Of a stretch of DNA of 64,000 bases, positions 1 to 15,909 are shown in pieces. The first letter of the stretch is position 1; each line of letters begins with the position of its first letter. The DNA comes from Eledone cirrhosa (taxonomy: Eukaryota), in assembly GCA_964016885.1 (NCBI GenBank), contig OZ024743.1, positions 19,282,001 through 19,346,000 on the forward strand, in the 5' to 3' direction. The notes beneath the pieces were generated by a model. It did no database searches. It was not told the origin of the DNA and saw nothing but the letters and a program-made list of their open reading frames with translations. Made by a program: the position numbers and the translations under genes.

Positions 1-3000
1 CTTGTTTTTTCGGAAAAGATGCAGATTTGGATGATAACGCGTTCTCAATTATTTGCACTACCGTTGTTTCTGTTTATATGAGTAACGTAGTAACGTTTAG
101 TACCAAATTGATTAACAGTACAATTCACTGAAAGCAGTTTTAAAATGTATGTTTTATAATGGAATTTTAACTGTATGAATGTTTGCGTGTTACGTCTTTG
201 CATACTTATTATGTGTTTAGCATAACCATACCAGTAGTTATATCCAAATTTCTCAAAGGTCTGTAATCATCTATGAGGGATTAACCGTCTCCCAGTGTCA
301 TTTGTTTTATTTCATCTGTATTTAATACATCTTATTGGTAATGACTCGATTGATAATACTGGGGTTCATTATGGGATTTAGGAGGGATTTATCGATTTTT
401 GAAATGATGCTCACACTAAATATTACTTTCTTTAGATATTCAGGAGAGGGGAATGTAGCTATTATGTCTTTTAATTCCCGTCAGACAGGTGAGATAGATG
501 GATTATGTATTTGTCAACTTGTTGCACTTAGATGGTTTCAGCAGGAGTGCTCTCCGTGACAAGCGTTTGGTGCAGGTTTTTCGACTGTAGAAAATTTTTC
601 ATTCCTTTCCACCGTTCCCAGGTCTTCTGAAAACGGTCATTGGTGATAAACCTCCTTCTCTGAATAAGGCATTAAGAAAATGTTTTTTCTCCACATAGCG
701 AATGTTGGTAGATATTGCGTTTAGAATAATTAATTAGGTGTTTATTTTTGTATGGATTATAAATATGTATATGCTAAGTGAGAAACATAGAGTGGGAGCA
801 CCTAGAATAGTTCATATACTATGCACCACAAACGGTACAACGAAGAACCTGGTATAACTGGAAGATTTCTTTTACTGTTTTTTGTATCACACAGACACCA
901 CGGACGCGCCTAATACTGTAACCAGACATCCAATATAGTCATTTTCTCTTTTACCTGTCTTCTCTTATCATCTGTTTACTCGGGCGAAGCTAGGTACAGG
1001 AGCTAGATCGTGTTAATGTCAGCTTTGGCCAACACTTTTGTGTCTCTAATGAGTAAAATCCAGTTGGGAGGGCGGTGAGAAGCAAAATGGAGTGCATGCT
1101 GAAGATCAACCGTTAATTATGAAACTTGAAATCCGAGAAAAGTGTGACGAGATAGTATGCCGAGTGAATGTCGAGAGAGATTGAAATAACAGGTACTATT
1201 TAGATTAGTTAGAAGGATGATAGAGGCATGAGTAAAACCTAGATTATTGCGATGGAAAAATGTAATGTAGCCGAAATTATGTGTTTGTAAAACAGGGGGG
1301 GGGGGGTGAAAAGTAGGAAGATTGGATTATATGTATTTGCTGACAAAATATATAAATTGCATGTTATGGACTTAACGAAAGTATAAAATAGGGAGGTTAC
1401 ATAAATTATAGCAGAAATATATAGACTGAGATATGGGTTATTAAATGTCTTTGATCATGGTTATATTTAACGAATGTTTGCAGGATCCGGACAAATGACG
1501 GCGTGATGATTTTTCCCCAATATATTAGATATATCGTGTTGGTTTACTCAGCAAATAACGGATGACCTAGTTTTACATCTAAATAAAGTAGTATCTCATT
1601 GTTAGTTTTTTATAAATCGCGAAACCAATATGCGTTCATTTTTATCAGTTTCTAGCACAGTGGTTATAATAGAGTATAGTAACACATGATAGTAACACAT
1701 TACAGTTATTTTAAATTTGTGACATCATTGCTATTGATAGAATGCGAGTTAAAATGATGCGTGTTCGTTAGTGCTTATTATTCCATGAAGATGCTGTGTC
1801 AGAAACGGTCTAATTTTTTGAACGACTATAAATGATATATACAATATGTAATAAGGCCTTGGTGTCAATTAGTGCCATATATTATTCCTCTCAAAATGTT
1901 TGGTTATGCTACGTGCTAAAGTTTGAAATCATTATTTATGGTGCAATATATTAACGAGTTCCATTGCGCTGGATGAGAGCACTAAATTTAATAGAGCTAT
2001 CTTGCAATTTAAATTCCTTGTAGGAGACTGTTTTCTAACGCCATTAATTTTGTTTGAAGTATATTATCATTACATTTCACATTTTACATACAAAGAGAAT
2101 CCATCAGTTTAATGTCGAGTAGGTTACTATTTATCAATATTCAATTCCTTAGTCAGTAATTCAATTTAAAGTATTTGTATTTCGATAAGTAGCTATGTCA
2201 AATCTGAGCTAATATATGGAATGCATATGTTATTGTAGGTATCAATATAGTTTCACATACTTTCGTTTGCATCTAAATAATAGATAGATACATATTCATG
2301 TTATAGAAAGGTGTAATAAATTATTTCAATAGAAAATTAGTATTTATCTTCCCATTTTATACTTAGTCTGCGCACCTAGTTAGTTTGCTTCGAATGATAT
2401 ATCATATTTATGCAGGAAATTATATATGAATATAATTGTGATTTTGCTTTTGGTTTTGTTTTACTGTTTTTGGATTCGAAATTAAATAATCTGCCATTGT
2501 AAGACGTTACTTCGTATAAAGTATACCCCTACTTTTATTATTTCATACTATTCGCCTTGGGCCCTTGTAGCAGGAATTAATCTATCCCTTATACAGCAAT
2601 TACTGTTTCGGTTATGTTAACACCTATGCGTATTTCAAATTACATTTCAGTCCTCCACGTAATCATAAAGTTCTCGTAGAAAAATAATTAAAGTTAGTAT
2701 ATATTTCTCCTCAGGATGCGGCACATTTGAGATTGGAATATGCTAATTTGATTGTCCATCAAGATTTGTGCATGTGCGAACATATAATGCTACTGTGACG
2801 TTTCATATCGGTCAGGGGCGGATGTTTGTATCGTAAAGCAATTGTGTCGAGATTTTTATTAATTTGGTGTTTCTGTTGTGCAACATGAGAATCCAGATAA
2901 GATACAAATAAAAATCGTCAGCAGTATATATCGTGACTTATCATGTTAGCTGCAATCACTATCACACCGTCTGAATGTTGACCCTCTTTGCCCTTTATAT

Positions 3001-4431
3001 AGATAGTTCCTTTAGATTTATTCTGATTAGACTTTCAGTTTGTTGTCGTGTATGTATGAGTTTAAACGGAACATCAGAGTAGCGGCTAGGACTCATTATT
3101 TACAGTTAAGACCAATAAAATCGTCATCTGCCCTCTCTCCTTGAATTATGTTATCTCTGCTTTGTCCTGAATTCTCAGTAAAACTTTCCAATTTAGTGGC
3201 TTTTAGAATGTCAGAAATAGAGCATATGCAAACTTCCTATGATACATGATCCCTCTCCTATATCATACAAATATATTGTCCCTAGCATCCGAGAAATATT
3301 TGGTATGTTTCAGTAAAGCAGAAGGACTTAGTAAGACAATCCCAACACCTACAAAGGATTTAAATATATGTATCATAACAAAATATTTGCCTATATGATC
3401 CTTATATATTATTTGTGAATCATAACTACATGTATTTGCGAAAAATTAATACTAAATATGCTTGTAATTGAACACAAATTGTAATGCTTCGTAATTTAAA
3501 TTTACGCATCCCAATAACTCTGCTTCCGAAAACATTTATTGTAATGTGTATGACAAATATTCGCAGAATTGTTGTAACATGTGAATCTATTTTATATAAT
3601 AGTCTTTTATACAATGATGAAACAGAATTTACATCAACACAATCAATCTCAGAATTATCATAAAAACATAAACGAGATGTCAATGACTTACATTAATGAA
3701 TTGTTGATTTTATCCTTGGGTAAAAATTTGTGCTATTTCTATATTGAAATAATTACGATCTGCTAATGACATTGTATGTTATCATTCTTATAAAGATGAA
3801 AGAGTAATTCTGTTTTGTTTTTATTCTGCTCTACAGTATATCACCTTTCTATTTAATAATTATCCATTGAAATATTAATTGCATCCTCTTGAAAATAAAT
3901 TGATTTCTAGTGAAATTTAAACACTATACATTTCTTAATTAAATGAAACACTATCGCATATTGCCTGCGAAATCTTTCCCAGAGATAAAATAATAACAAA
4001 AGGTTTTATTGAACACTTGCAGTGTAAATTCAAATTCTATGGACTAAAATATTAATGACGTTATAAAGGCAACAGATGTAATATGGACCAAACGTCATAT
4101 TCAAGCAGCTATCATGCGCAACTTGCCATTACATAAAATATCAACACACATAAATGTATGGGAGATATATTAGTGTCTATGGCAATTCTTAAACACCATC
4201 ACTGGTGTGATTGGAAGACTATTAAATACCACTAAGCTGATGTTGTATATACACACTGAATGTAGTAGCAATCAAGTGATGTCTCAATGAGAGAGTGAGG
4301 GTAACATGAAATAATGTCCAGGAAATTATAGATTCTAATTTAAAATAAATCAAATAGTATAACGTATATTTATAATCCGTCATTAGATAGCATTAAATAT
4401 CGTTGGCCTTGTATCAAATGCTGAAAAAATT

Positions 4432-4649
4432 ATTTGGCAATATCGGTAGCGGTTTGAATAATATGCTTGCTTTGCGGCATAGAATTATGGCCTTTTACAT
4501 CCTGAGTTCAAATCCCGCTAAAGTTAGCTTTGCCTTTTATCCTTACGAAGTCGATGAAATAAGGTACGAGTAACGCAGTGGGCCCGATTCAATCGACCCC
4601 CCCCCCCTGAATGGCTGGGCTTGTGCCTTTAGTAGAAATCATTATTATT
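4432..4649 (+). mobile_element. tRNA-derived SINE (Meta/Sauria-like core), diverged copy
   Basis: Box A-like TGGCAATATCGGTAG, box B GAGTTCAAATCC, core ctttgccttttatccttacgaagtcgatgaaat and an (ATT)n tail. Homologous to the copies at 17810, 52243 and 63762. Confidence 0.8.
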
Positions 4650-5890
4650 CGTAACGCTTTAGCTCTGGTAGATGCTATACAAAAGCGCGAGCCATAGCCA
4701 ATGGCCAAATGTTGTTTGGATCATTCATTCGGCTTCCTTGCTGTTTTTAACAAGAATGTTTTCGGGAATCATCTTGTCCTAGTGGTAATTCATAGCTTCT
4801 CAGCCCATGAAAACAACCTTCTACTAGCTGCTCACATTGCGCCAATTAGTATCACTTCTACGTGTCTGATTCCCCCATAGTTTCCTGATTTCACTGTTCA
4901 GCTGTAGTTATTTTCCAAAATTCTCACTTTCCTTCTCATTCACCCTGTGGTCTGACGGTGAAGCAATATCCACAATACATGCCTTGTTATTCTTCTTTTC
5001 TACAACAACAATGTCAAGATTTCTAGCTACCATAAACTGATGGATGGTCCTGTCACACAAGATCTTATACTGTTCATTTTCAGCAACACTCTTCGGTTTA
5101 TCTTCATAAAATTTCTCATTGCTTATGCCAATCTTATGACAGAGCTTCCAATGAACCAATCTGGCAATATTGTCATGCTTTCTCTAGTGCTCTTTCTGAG
5201 CAAGCATCTTACATTCGCTAATAATGGGGTTTATTGATTCTCCTTTCACACCACACAGCCTAAAAAGTGAGAAATTCAGTCACTTGTCAATATTAAACAT
5301 GTTATAGTTCGTTCTCAGTGCCTGGTTCTGGGCAGCGAAAATAAATGCTTCAGTTTCAATTTTTAGGTTAATTTTCGTAGTCCAGTCCCAGTTTCTATTT
5401 TGTCAACTGTTTCAGGCATACATGTTTTGCGTGTATTTAATGTTTCATTCGGTCTGTCTTGCTTAAATTGTCCATTGCTTTATCACTGTTTAGGGCCTTT
5501 ATCGTTCTTAGTCCTGTCATCAATCTTTCCTTTTAATTCTTTACATACCATGCCAAATTATTTTCCTCCAGCTTCCCACATATTTCACACCTTAGGAGAC
5601 GTCTTCTGCCTCCCTTTCATGTAGTTACACACTGTCTACGTCACATTAGGCATGTAGAGCACCTTTTAGTGTCATTATTTTCGTGGTCTTTCTATCAAGC
5701 TCCTTAATTTCATCATATCTCCATTATATCCCACTACCGCAATAACGTAGAGCTGTAAAAGTCCCCGTGTCAATAGCTAGTATTTTATTCCTACCAATTA
5801 ATTTTCTCTTTAACACTAAATTCAGTCTCCATTTATATTCACTTGATAATAGTTCTTTCATTTAGTTTGTTTCCAGAAATGGAAATGCAT
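4650..5890 (-). mobile_element. Old degenerate R4/Dong-like LINE 3' part
   Basis: ORF 4908-5159 reads VHWKLC..NLDIVVVEKKNNKACIVDIASPSDHRV, homologous to the RLE domain of the array copies. It abuts the SINE ATT tail. Confidence 0.75.
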
Positions 5891-6169
5891 TTGACAACTT
5901 TAAGCCTATATCTTTCCTCCCCATTATTAGAAAACGTACGATAGGTGTCATTGCAGGGGTAATGTATGAATTACTGTAGGAGACAGAAGGGGTGTAATAG
6001 AAGAAACATGAGGGGGGGGGGGGCTCAAAGTTCGATTGTTTATTGAAAATTCGATCCTTAAAGATTTTAAAAGGAGACATACAAATCTTGTCATGGCCTG
6101 GTTCGATTACCGCAAGGTATATGACATGGTGCCACTTAATTGAATAGTAGCTTATTTGAATATGTTTTC

Positions 6170-7160
6170 TATTGCAGCTAACGTTCAACAGTTTCTGGTG
6201 AGCAGTATGGATGGTTAGAAGACTGAGCTGACATCATGTCGACAGATATTGGGAGTTGTGATGATCAAGAGAGGAATATGACGGAGGCTCTCAGCTTTTT
6301 CAACCAGGACTGTCGAAACAAAATTTCTTTAGATCTTGGTCCTGGTTAGATTTATGCTCATACCACTTCTCAGAATGGGGCAAATCACTCGGTTTTCATA
6401 GATGTCAGTGGATCCCTTTTCCTATGTTGTAATGCCTACATTCTTCATAATGATTATAGGCTAGGTATTTATACTCGGATACGGTGTGAGCCGCAGTTTC
6501 TTCTCTCCCTCCATAGATCATACTGAGTGGACCAGATTCTCCATGCCAATGTGATGTTTAACCCACTTCGTTCGAAGTGATTGTTTCTGTGCAGTCAGTA
6601 GCATTTGTTCTTTAGCTTTCTTAAGATCAGCTTTTTTAAATAGTTACATGTCTTCATATCGCTGAATGTTTTCTTCAAGAACATGTTATAAAGAGCTTAG
6701 TCATTGAAGTTGCTCGTCCTCTTTGCCATTACTTCTTTCTTAGACATCCCCTGGTCTATTATTTTCTTCTCCTTCAATGCAGCCTTAAACATTGGTTCCT
6801 TACTCTCAGACGCATATTTACGTAAACATTTCTTCTCCATCTCAATACAATCTTCCACGCAGATAAGAACATTCTCGGCTTCAAATCGCTTTAGGAATAG
6901 TCTATCGAAATCTTCTTCCTTATGAAACATATTTATTAAACATAAATGGCCATTCATTTCCTTGTCTTTCTATCTAGTTCTTTCTACATCCATGTTCTTT
7001 CTACATTCCTGTACTGTACCTAATATTAGACACAACTCCAGAATTTATTGCACTTATGGCATTCCTACAATTCAGATGTAATGTTGTATTTTTGTTACTC
7101 TCTTCATATATTCAAATGTTATCATCGCTTTGCTTTCATTATACTTGATCCTATCTACCT
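6170..7160 (-). mobile_element. Degenerate, deleted R4/Dong family-A-like fragment
   Basis: ORF 6697-6957 NMFHKEEDFDRLFLKR..CVEDCIEMEKKCL..SKEPM matches family A NMFHKRSDVDRLYLRR..SIEDCVQMEKNNL..SKEPM. Confidence 0.8.
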
Positions 7161-10100
7161 CCAAAACACTCTAATAACTATATCCGTCTGCGGTGACGAT
7201 TTACTTTATGACCTCAGCATTTGGTACAACGTTTCCTTTGGTTCTCTCCAATATTCCCCTCATCAACACTACGATTCCACACTTAGAAATCAAAATTGGT
7301 CTGGGTGCTAGCAACAAAGTAGGTGATTATCGTTCTTCCAAGTTCTCATCAGTATGTTCACTTCGAGATGAAAATGAGGGTGGAGTGGGAAATACTGCCT
7401 TTTAGTATATGTGTTGAAAGATAGTGAACGTGGCTAGGATGGCCCGAATGGATGTTCTAATGTGAACAAGCGTTTGTAGGCTGGAGAGTTCTATATAGGA
7501 TATTTAGCAATAGAAGGTATATCAACGTTTTTACTCAACATGATAGATAAGTATCCATATCTCACGCCAGAGAACCTCATATCTTGCGTGGGATTTGTTT
7601 AAATAAATTCTGTCTAGAAATAAGTTGGGTGATTTCGGTGGTAATGGTTTCAAACATAAGCACGCCTGAGAAGGAATACACTTTATATAAACAGGAATTG
7701 CAGCAGACTAACTGGCCTCCACATTTGTGTTATTATTGGCCGACGATAAATATTCCACCGAATTATTTAATACAAATAGAAATTAAATAAACGTTACAAC
7801 ATAACATATCTTTTATAAAAATAAAAATTTGGTTAAAAAGCAACTTTACTTCATTCGAAATTATTATTTATTCATGTACTTAAAACATCAAACATTTCAA
7901 TATTATGACGTAAATTATTTACATGAAGGGTTAATATAAGAACAACAAGAATATTTTGTATAAGTATTTCTTTTTTTTTTTCATTTAAAAACATGAAATC
8001 TCTAATCCAACAAAAATAACAAATAAATAATCATCTCGTATCAACGGAAATGTATTTCTCTTTCTTTATACAGAAAATATATTAATTTTAAAAGCATATA
8101 TATGTAGAATGTTATAATTATTTCTTTTTGGATGAAACATAAAATGTTATATGCTATTGTGCGTTAAAACATTTCTTTATATTTATTAAATATGAGACAT
8201 TTGATATTGTTGCAGGAATTTCTTTTAAAAATTCATAAGTACCATTTCCCTTTTCATCTCTAAAATGTCCGAAAATATTTGATATATGCAAAATTATTTA
8301 CTACAATTTCGAAACCACATTATAAAACAAAAGTGTGTAATCTACTCATATTGCTGCAATGCAAATATTCATGTATTCAGCATGAACAATAAAAATATGA
8401 CGATTGATATTATGTTCATTTCTATTAGACTACCTCTTATGAGATTATGTGTCTTAGTTACGAAGTATTTTCTATTAGTGAACATGAAATAGTGACAGGT
8501 TAAGTCTTGAGCCAATACTTTGCTAAATTTTAAATATTGCTTTACACGTTGCTAGATAAGAGTTTTTTGCTTTTCTTATCAAATTAGTGACAAGTCAACT
8601 CTACGAATATAGGGTGAAAATAAAAGTATTTTTCGTACACACACACACACATTTATATATAAGTATGTGTGTGTTTGTGTATTTGTGTATGTTTCTGTTT
8701 GGATGTGTAAAATATATATTTTCCCTATCAAATATAGCAATGGTGATGAAATCACGACTTATCTAAATTCTCACGATAGACATTCAAGTCCATTCAAGTC
8801 CACTGTTAACTGCAGCACTACAATGTAAGATGCTCAATAAATACAGTCACATTTCACTTCAGTTGTATTGGTAAATTATTTTTCAAAATGCATTAAGAAA
8901 AGCATTCCGGCTTGTTAGTAATGTTTAAAGCTATATATTACGTTATGCGCAGCATACACATAATGAAATAAATGTATGTAATTTTCAGAGAAAAGTAGTG
9001 CTTCTAAATAGTAGATGGCTTGATAAATTTACAGCCGCGAATTTTTTAATCTTTGGTAATAATTTATTCAGATTAAATATGATCCTGCTAACAAACTCAT
9101 GGGAATTTAATTTCATAAAACTTAAGAGAGACACAGATCTTCGACTTTTAGCGTTTCTCAATAAACTAATATGCGTGGAGATTTATATGTACGTATAAAA
9201 ATACTCATAATATATACATTTGCTAGGGTCTACCATTTTGAAAAATATTCGCCAATCGGATCCTGTTAATTACGTTGTTCGTGTTTGCATTGATAGAATA
9301 ACAAATTGTGTCGCATGTCTCAATTTAATAATACTTAGGAGTTTGTTGGACCTCACTAGTGGTATATTGTCCTCCTTTTTTACTTTACTGAATCCAATGA
9401 AGAAACGAAATGCCAGAAGCAAATGAAGTGAAATACCCAGGAGGAATACTTTCTAGATACATAATAATTTTGGGGTTATATATAAAAACACTTTTGATGG
9501 ATGAAATTTATTTCAGGAAACAACACTTTTTGTCTTCTGGGGAACTTGTTGAAATGATAAAGGTTGAAAAATGGAATGGTTATATGGAATACACAATAAA
9601 CAATAATATTGGATTTAAAGAGAGAAACACCTTTTTATGAATCAAATTTTTCACCGTAAAAGGATTCTTCTAGATCTCTCGACTCATATGGTGCAAGCTT
9701 AAGTTGTTCTTTGGACAGAACTATCCTGATCACATATATAGGCTTAGCCATACAATGAGCCTGGCTAATATCAACAATTTGTTAAAGTATACATACACAC
9801 ACATATATATATATATATAAATATATATTCAGCGAGAATCGTATTTCGGCTGGTAGAAAAAGCGAAACGAAACGCAAAATCGTAGAAATGCTGGCAAGCG
9901 CTCCAATAGTTAATAAAACTAGAGCTAAACAATATGTTAAAACGCCATACAAACTGAAAAGTGGTCAAGAAGGCATTAACCACCTCAGCCAAAAAACAAG
10001 TCAAGATAAACAGATCAAACGAAATAAATGATATAAACAGACTTGTACCCAAGAGGAATTGATGGTAAAATCAAAATGCAGGGTTTCTATGACACCTAAA

Positions 10101-10992
10101 TCAATAATACTGTCTGCTTAAAACTATAAACTTTCAGCATAAAGATCGAACAAGGACTATCACGTTATCAACAGGTATTTTGCTCTCTAACCAACTTTGT
10201 GAGGGACCTTTAAATGTATTTGGATTGTCTTTTATATTCTCCAGAATATGTAGTATTTAAATAGAATACTAGGCGCAATTGATATGAGATGATTCCCCAA
10301 AATATTATTTTTCCTATATACATGAAATACCCTAACATACCCTATCATACACTAATATACTTTTGAGTGCAAATGTGTATGTATGTGTTTGTATGTACGT
10401 TTATGTGCTCATAAACACTCGCTGCTGTACCCGGTCTTCTTGGGTAACTAATACCTAAAATAATAACTACATAAATTCCTTCTTGGAAGAATTACATTAA
10501 ACGATACTTGATATTTTGTTCAAGAATTCTAATTCACCAAAAATGTTTTTACCCAGAAATTCTGAAGATGGTGCAAGAACACTAAAATAAACAGCTACAT
10601 AATGAATCTAACTAAATTTCCATAGAAAAATAAGTTTTCTTTTTCAATATTCTAACTTATCCAATTCCTCTAAATGAATTATGTTACAAAATGTCTATTA
10701 TGTGCTTGGTTATAAATATTTTTCTTGGTTATTCTGTAAAGAAAACAAAAGGAACAAATTCCTACGTTAAAAACGAACGTATATAGGAACATAGGAAAAC
10801 CAATATCGTTCTAAATTGATTTCAATCTGATACTTGAGACATTGATGTGCCAAGATTGATTAGACACACCTCGCCTATACTTCCACTACTTCACTCCTCC
10901 TATTACTAATTCTATAATTCATACTATTGCTAACACTACACCTCTTTGTTTTAAATCATACTTATTTTTCTACTTCTCTTTTCGGTAGTTCT

Positions 10993-11057
10993 CTTCTTCT
11001 TCTTCTTCTTCTTCTTCTTCTTCTTCTTCTTCTTCTTCTTCTTCTTCTTCTTCTTCT
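10993..11057 (+). repeat. (CTT)n microsatellite
   Basis: Seen directly. Confidence 0.97.
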
Positions 11058-11657
11058 ACATAAACATATTCACACACCAGTGCCTACCTCCTCTCAAATC
11101 ATGTTTCACCCTGCTACTAGTCATGTCTCATTGCACCCCCAATGACATCTACCAAAATACACATCTGACGGAACACGTATGGTAAATCAAAACGAAGAAA
11201 ATATTAAATTCGATTTGCATGGCTCTATAATCCAGCAATCCCTACCGACGTGGTTCGATTGAATTCGTCGAGATGGTAAGACACTAAATAGGCGTAAATA
11301 GATATTAACCAAATGTGTTCATATATATCACCAATAATTCTTGAAAGTTTCAATTAAAAGAATATTATGAAAATAGTTCTTACCATTGTCGTCTGTAGAT
11401 ACAACTTCCAGAATTGCTATTCAGTAACAAGTATCACGATTTAGACATAATAAAATGAATGTATTACCGTTCATTGCCAGGGAACGTCTCCACGAACCAA
11501 AGTATCGTCTTCCTGTTTTCCTTCGGTTGCAACGTTTTTCGAAATATTCACTTCTGCGTTCACAGATTTATTTTTTGTAGTTTCACAAGATCCAGTTAAG
11601 GGTGAAAGCAGCGATTATTTGCTTAAACTTTAATCTGTTATTTTAATAAATAAATCA

Positions 11658-12399
<742 letters not shown>

Positions 12400-12402
12400 C
12401 AA

Positions 12403-12636
<234 letters not shown>

Positions 12637-12637
12637 C

Positions 12638-12670
<33 letters not shown>

Positions 12671-12678
12671 CATATAAC

Positions 12679-12741
<63 letters not shown>

Positions 12742-12754
12742 CATATAACATATA

Positions 12755-12786
<32 letters not shown>

Positions 12787-12879
12787 CTTTTGGAACTACA
12801 ACTGGAACCGTCGAGCAAACTCTACGTGAGCTGTCCATCTACTGTGTGTAATATTTATATTACAACACTACGGAAAATA

Positions 12880-12973
<94 letters not shown>

Positions 12974-12975
<2 letters not shown>

Positions 12976-13511
12976 AAAGTGTAATTTTCTACACAAAACG
13001 AAGGTTATAGAGAAAATTGAGGTTGGTAATGGCACATGGAATATATAAGAGACAGAATACTTTTTTGTGAAAAAACATAATTTTATAAGGTAAGGAAATA
13101 ATAAAGGGTATAAAAAATGACCGGTTTCGATGGGTCTGCAAAAGCCATCTTTTCAAATGTTGATTAATATTAAGAAAAATGAATAATACGAAGAGTTAAA
13201 ATTTGAGACTTGAAAATTCAAGTATAAAATTCATTGTGGGATTTCATAGCAGTTTTCATCTAGGTAGCAACAACAGGTTGACTGCTGTGTCCCTTTCTGG
13301 TAGTGAATGAGAAGTTATTTGGGGTGTGGGTTATTTTATAAAGGTCAGATTTAGCAATAGCCAGCTGCTGGTCAGTGAGGGGGTGGAAGCAATATACACA
13401 CACATATATCTTCCTGTGATGGGTAGGAGAATGGAGCGTGATAGAAAAGGATTTAGTGCACTTACACCTATATATACACACATACCTTCATCCACACATA
13501 CATACATATAC

Positions 13512-13552
<41 letters not shown>

Positions 13553-13621
13553 CACACATACATACACACACACATACATATACATACACACATACACACA
13601 CACACACATACATATACACAT

Positions 13622-13670
<49 letters not shown>

Positions 13671-13744
13671 TATATATACATACACATACATCCAGATACA
13701 CACATACATACACACACACACACACACATATATATATACACACT

Positions 13745-13787
<43 letters not shown>

Positions 13788-14647
13788 CCCCACACATACA
13801 TACACACACACATATATATATACATACACACATACAAACATACACACACACACACACATATATATACACACATACACACACATATATATACACACACACA
13901 CACACACATGCATATATATATATATACACATACGCATACATCCAGATACCCACATACATACACACACACACACACACACACGCACACACAATACATACAT
14001 CCACATGCACACACATACTCACACACACACACACACACATACATACACCCACACACAGAGAAATGGCCTTCAAATATATATATATATATATACATACAGA
14101 CACATATATTTTTTCCATAATATAAGAAGTTGGGGCAGTGAAATTAAAATAATTCTGTGTGCGCATATATATATAGATATATGTGTGTGCACGTGCAGGG
14201 TTTAACATGGATGTGTTGGTCACACAAAGGCATGGTCTGTCAATGAATAAACCTGATTCTACAGAATTGGTCTCTGGTCTTTAATAGTAGTGATTCCGTG
14301 CGTATGTGTGTTTATATTTTATAAACACACATACGCACGGAATCACTACTATTAAAGACCAGAGACCAATTCTGTAGAATCAGGTTTATTCATTGACAGA
14401 CCATGCCTTTGTGTGACCAACACATCCATGTTAAACCCTGCACGTGCACACACATATATCTATATATATATGCGCACACAGAATTATTTTAATTTCACTG
14501 CCCCAACTTCTTATATTATGGAAAAAATATATGTGTCTGTATGTATATATATATATATATATTTGAAGGCCATTTCTCTGTGTGTGGGTGTATGTATGTG
14601 TGTGTGTGTGTGTGTGAGTATGTGTGTGCATGTGGATGTATGTATTG

Positions 14648-14688
<41 letters not shown>

Positions 14689-14854
14689 GGGTATCTGGAT
14701 GTATGCGTATGTGTATATATATATATATGCATGTGTGTGTGTGTGTGTGTATATATATGTGTGTGTATGTGTGTATATATATGTGTGTGTGTGTGTGTAT
14801 GTTTGTATGTGTGTATGTATATATATATATGTGTGTGTGTATGTATGTGTGGGG

Positions 14855-14936
<82 letters not shown>

Positions 14937-14975
14937 ATGTATGTGTGTATCTGGATGTATGTGTATGTATATATA

Positions 14976-15028
<53 letters not shown>

Positions 15029-15097
15029 ATGTGTATATGTATGTGTGTGTGTGTGTATGTGTGTATGTATATGTATGTGTGTGTGTATGTATGTGTG

Positions 15098-15138
<41 letters not shown>

Positions 15139-15644
15139 GTATATGTATGTATGTGTGGATGAAGGTATGTGTGTATATATAGGTGTAAGTGCACTAAATC
15201 CTTTTCTATCACGCTCCACTCTCCTACCCATCACAGGAAGATATATGTGTGTGTATATTGCTTCCACCCCCTCACTGACCAGCAGCTGGCTATTGCTAAA
15301 TCTGACCTTTATAAAATAACCCACACCCCAAATAACTTCTCATTCACTACCAGAAAGGGACACAGCAGTCAACCTGTTGTTGCTACCTAGATGAAAACTG
15401 CTATGAAATCCCACAATGAATTTTATACTTGAATTTTCAAGTCTCAAATTTTAACTCTTCGTATTATTAATTTTTCTTAATATTAATCAACATTTGAAAA
15501 GATGGCTTTTGCAGACCCATCGAAACCGGTCATTTTTTATACCCTTTATTATTTCCTTACCTTATAAAATTATGTTTTTTCACAAAAAAGTATTCTGTCT
15601 CTTATATATTCCATGTGCCATTACCAACCTCAATTTTCTCTATA
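12974..15644. mobile_element. Giant palindrome P2: ~1.3 kb arms centred at 14318 with a 3-nt loop and a 32 bp extension on the left, inside (AT)n
   Basis: 13006-14316 is the reverse complement of 14320-15644, with a few substitutions and slippage in the internal (CA/TA) microsatellite. A hammerhead lies near each outer end. Confidence 0.85.
15489..15536 (+). ncRNA. Minimal hammerhead with U3-A8 variant core (mirror on - strand at 13114-13161)
   Basis: aacat-TTGAAAA-gatgg..ccatc-GAAA-ccgg-TC-atttt. GUC cleavage triplet and palindromic loop III; stem I has one mismatch. Confidence 0.65.
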
Positions 15645-15666
15645 TATATATATATATACATATAAC

Positions 15667-15740
<74 letters not shown>

Positions 15741-15824
15741 TGATTGATTTATTATAATAACAGATTAAAGTTTAAGCAAATAATCGCTGCTTTCACCCTT
15801 AACTGGATCTTGTGAAACTACAAA

Positions 15825-15904
<80 letters not shown>

Positions 15905-15909
<5 letters not shown>

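Noticed and set aside
240-760. Possible very old PLE remnant; similar faint RT-like traces at ~7300-7560 and ~50700-51150
   Set aside because: Only weak motif echoes, which cannot be supported without a profile search.
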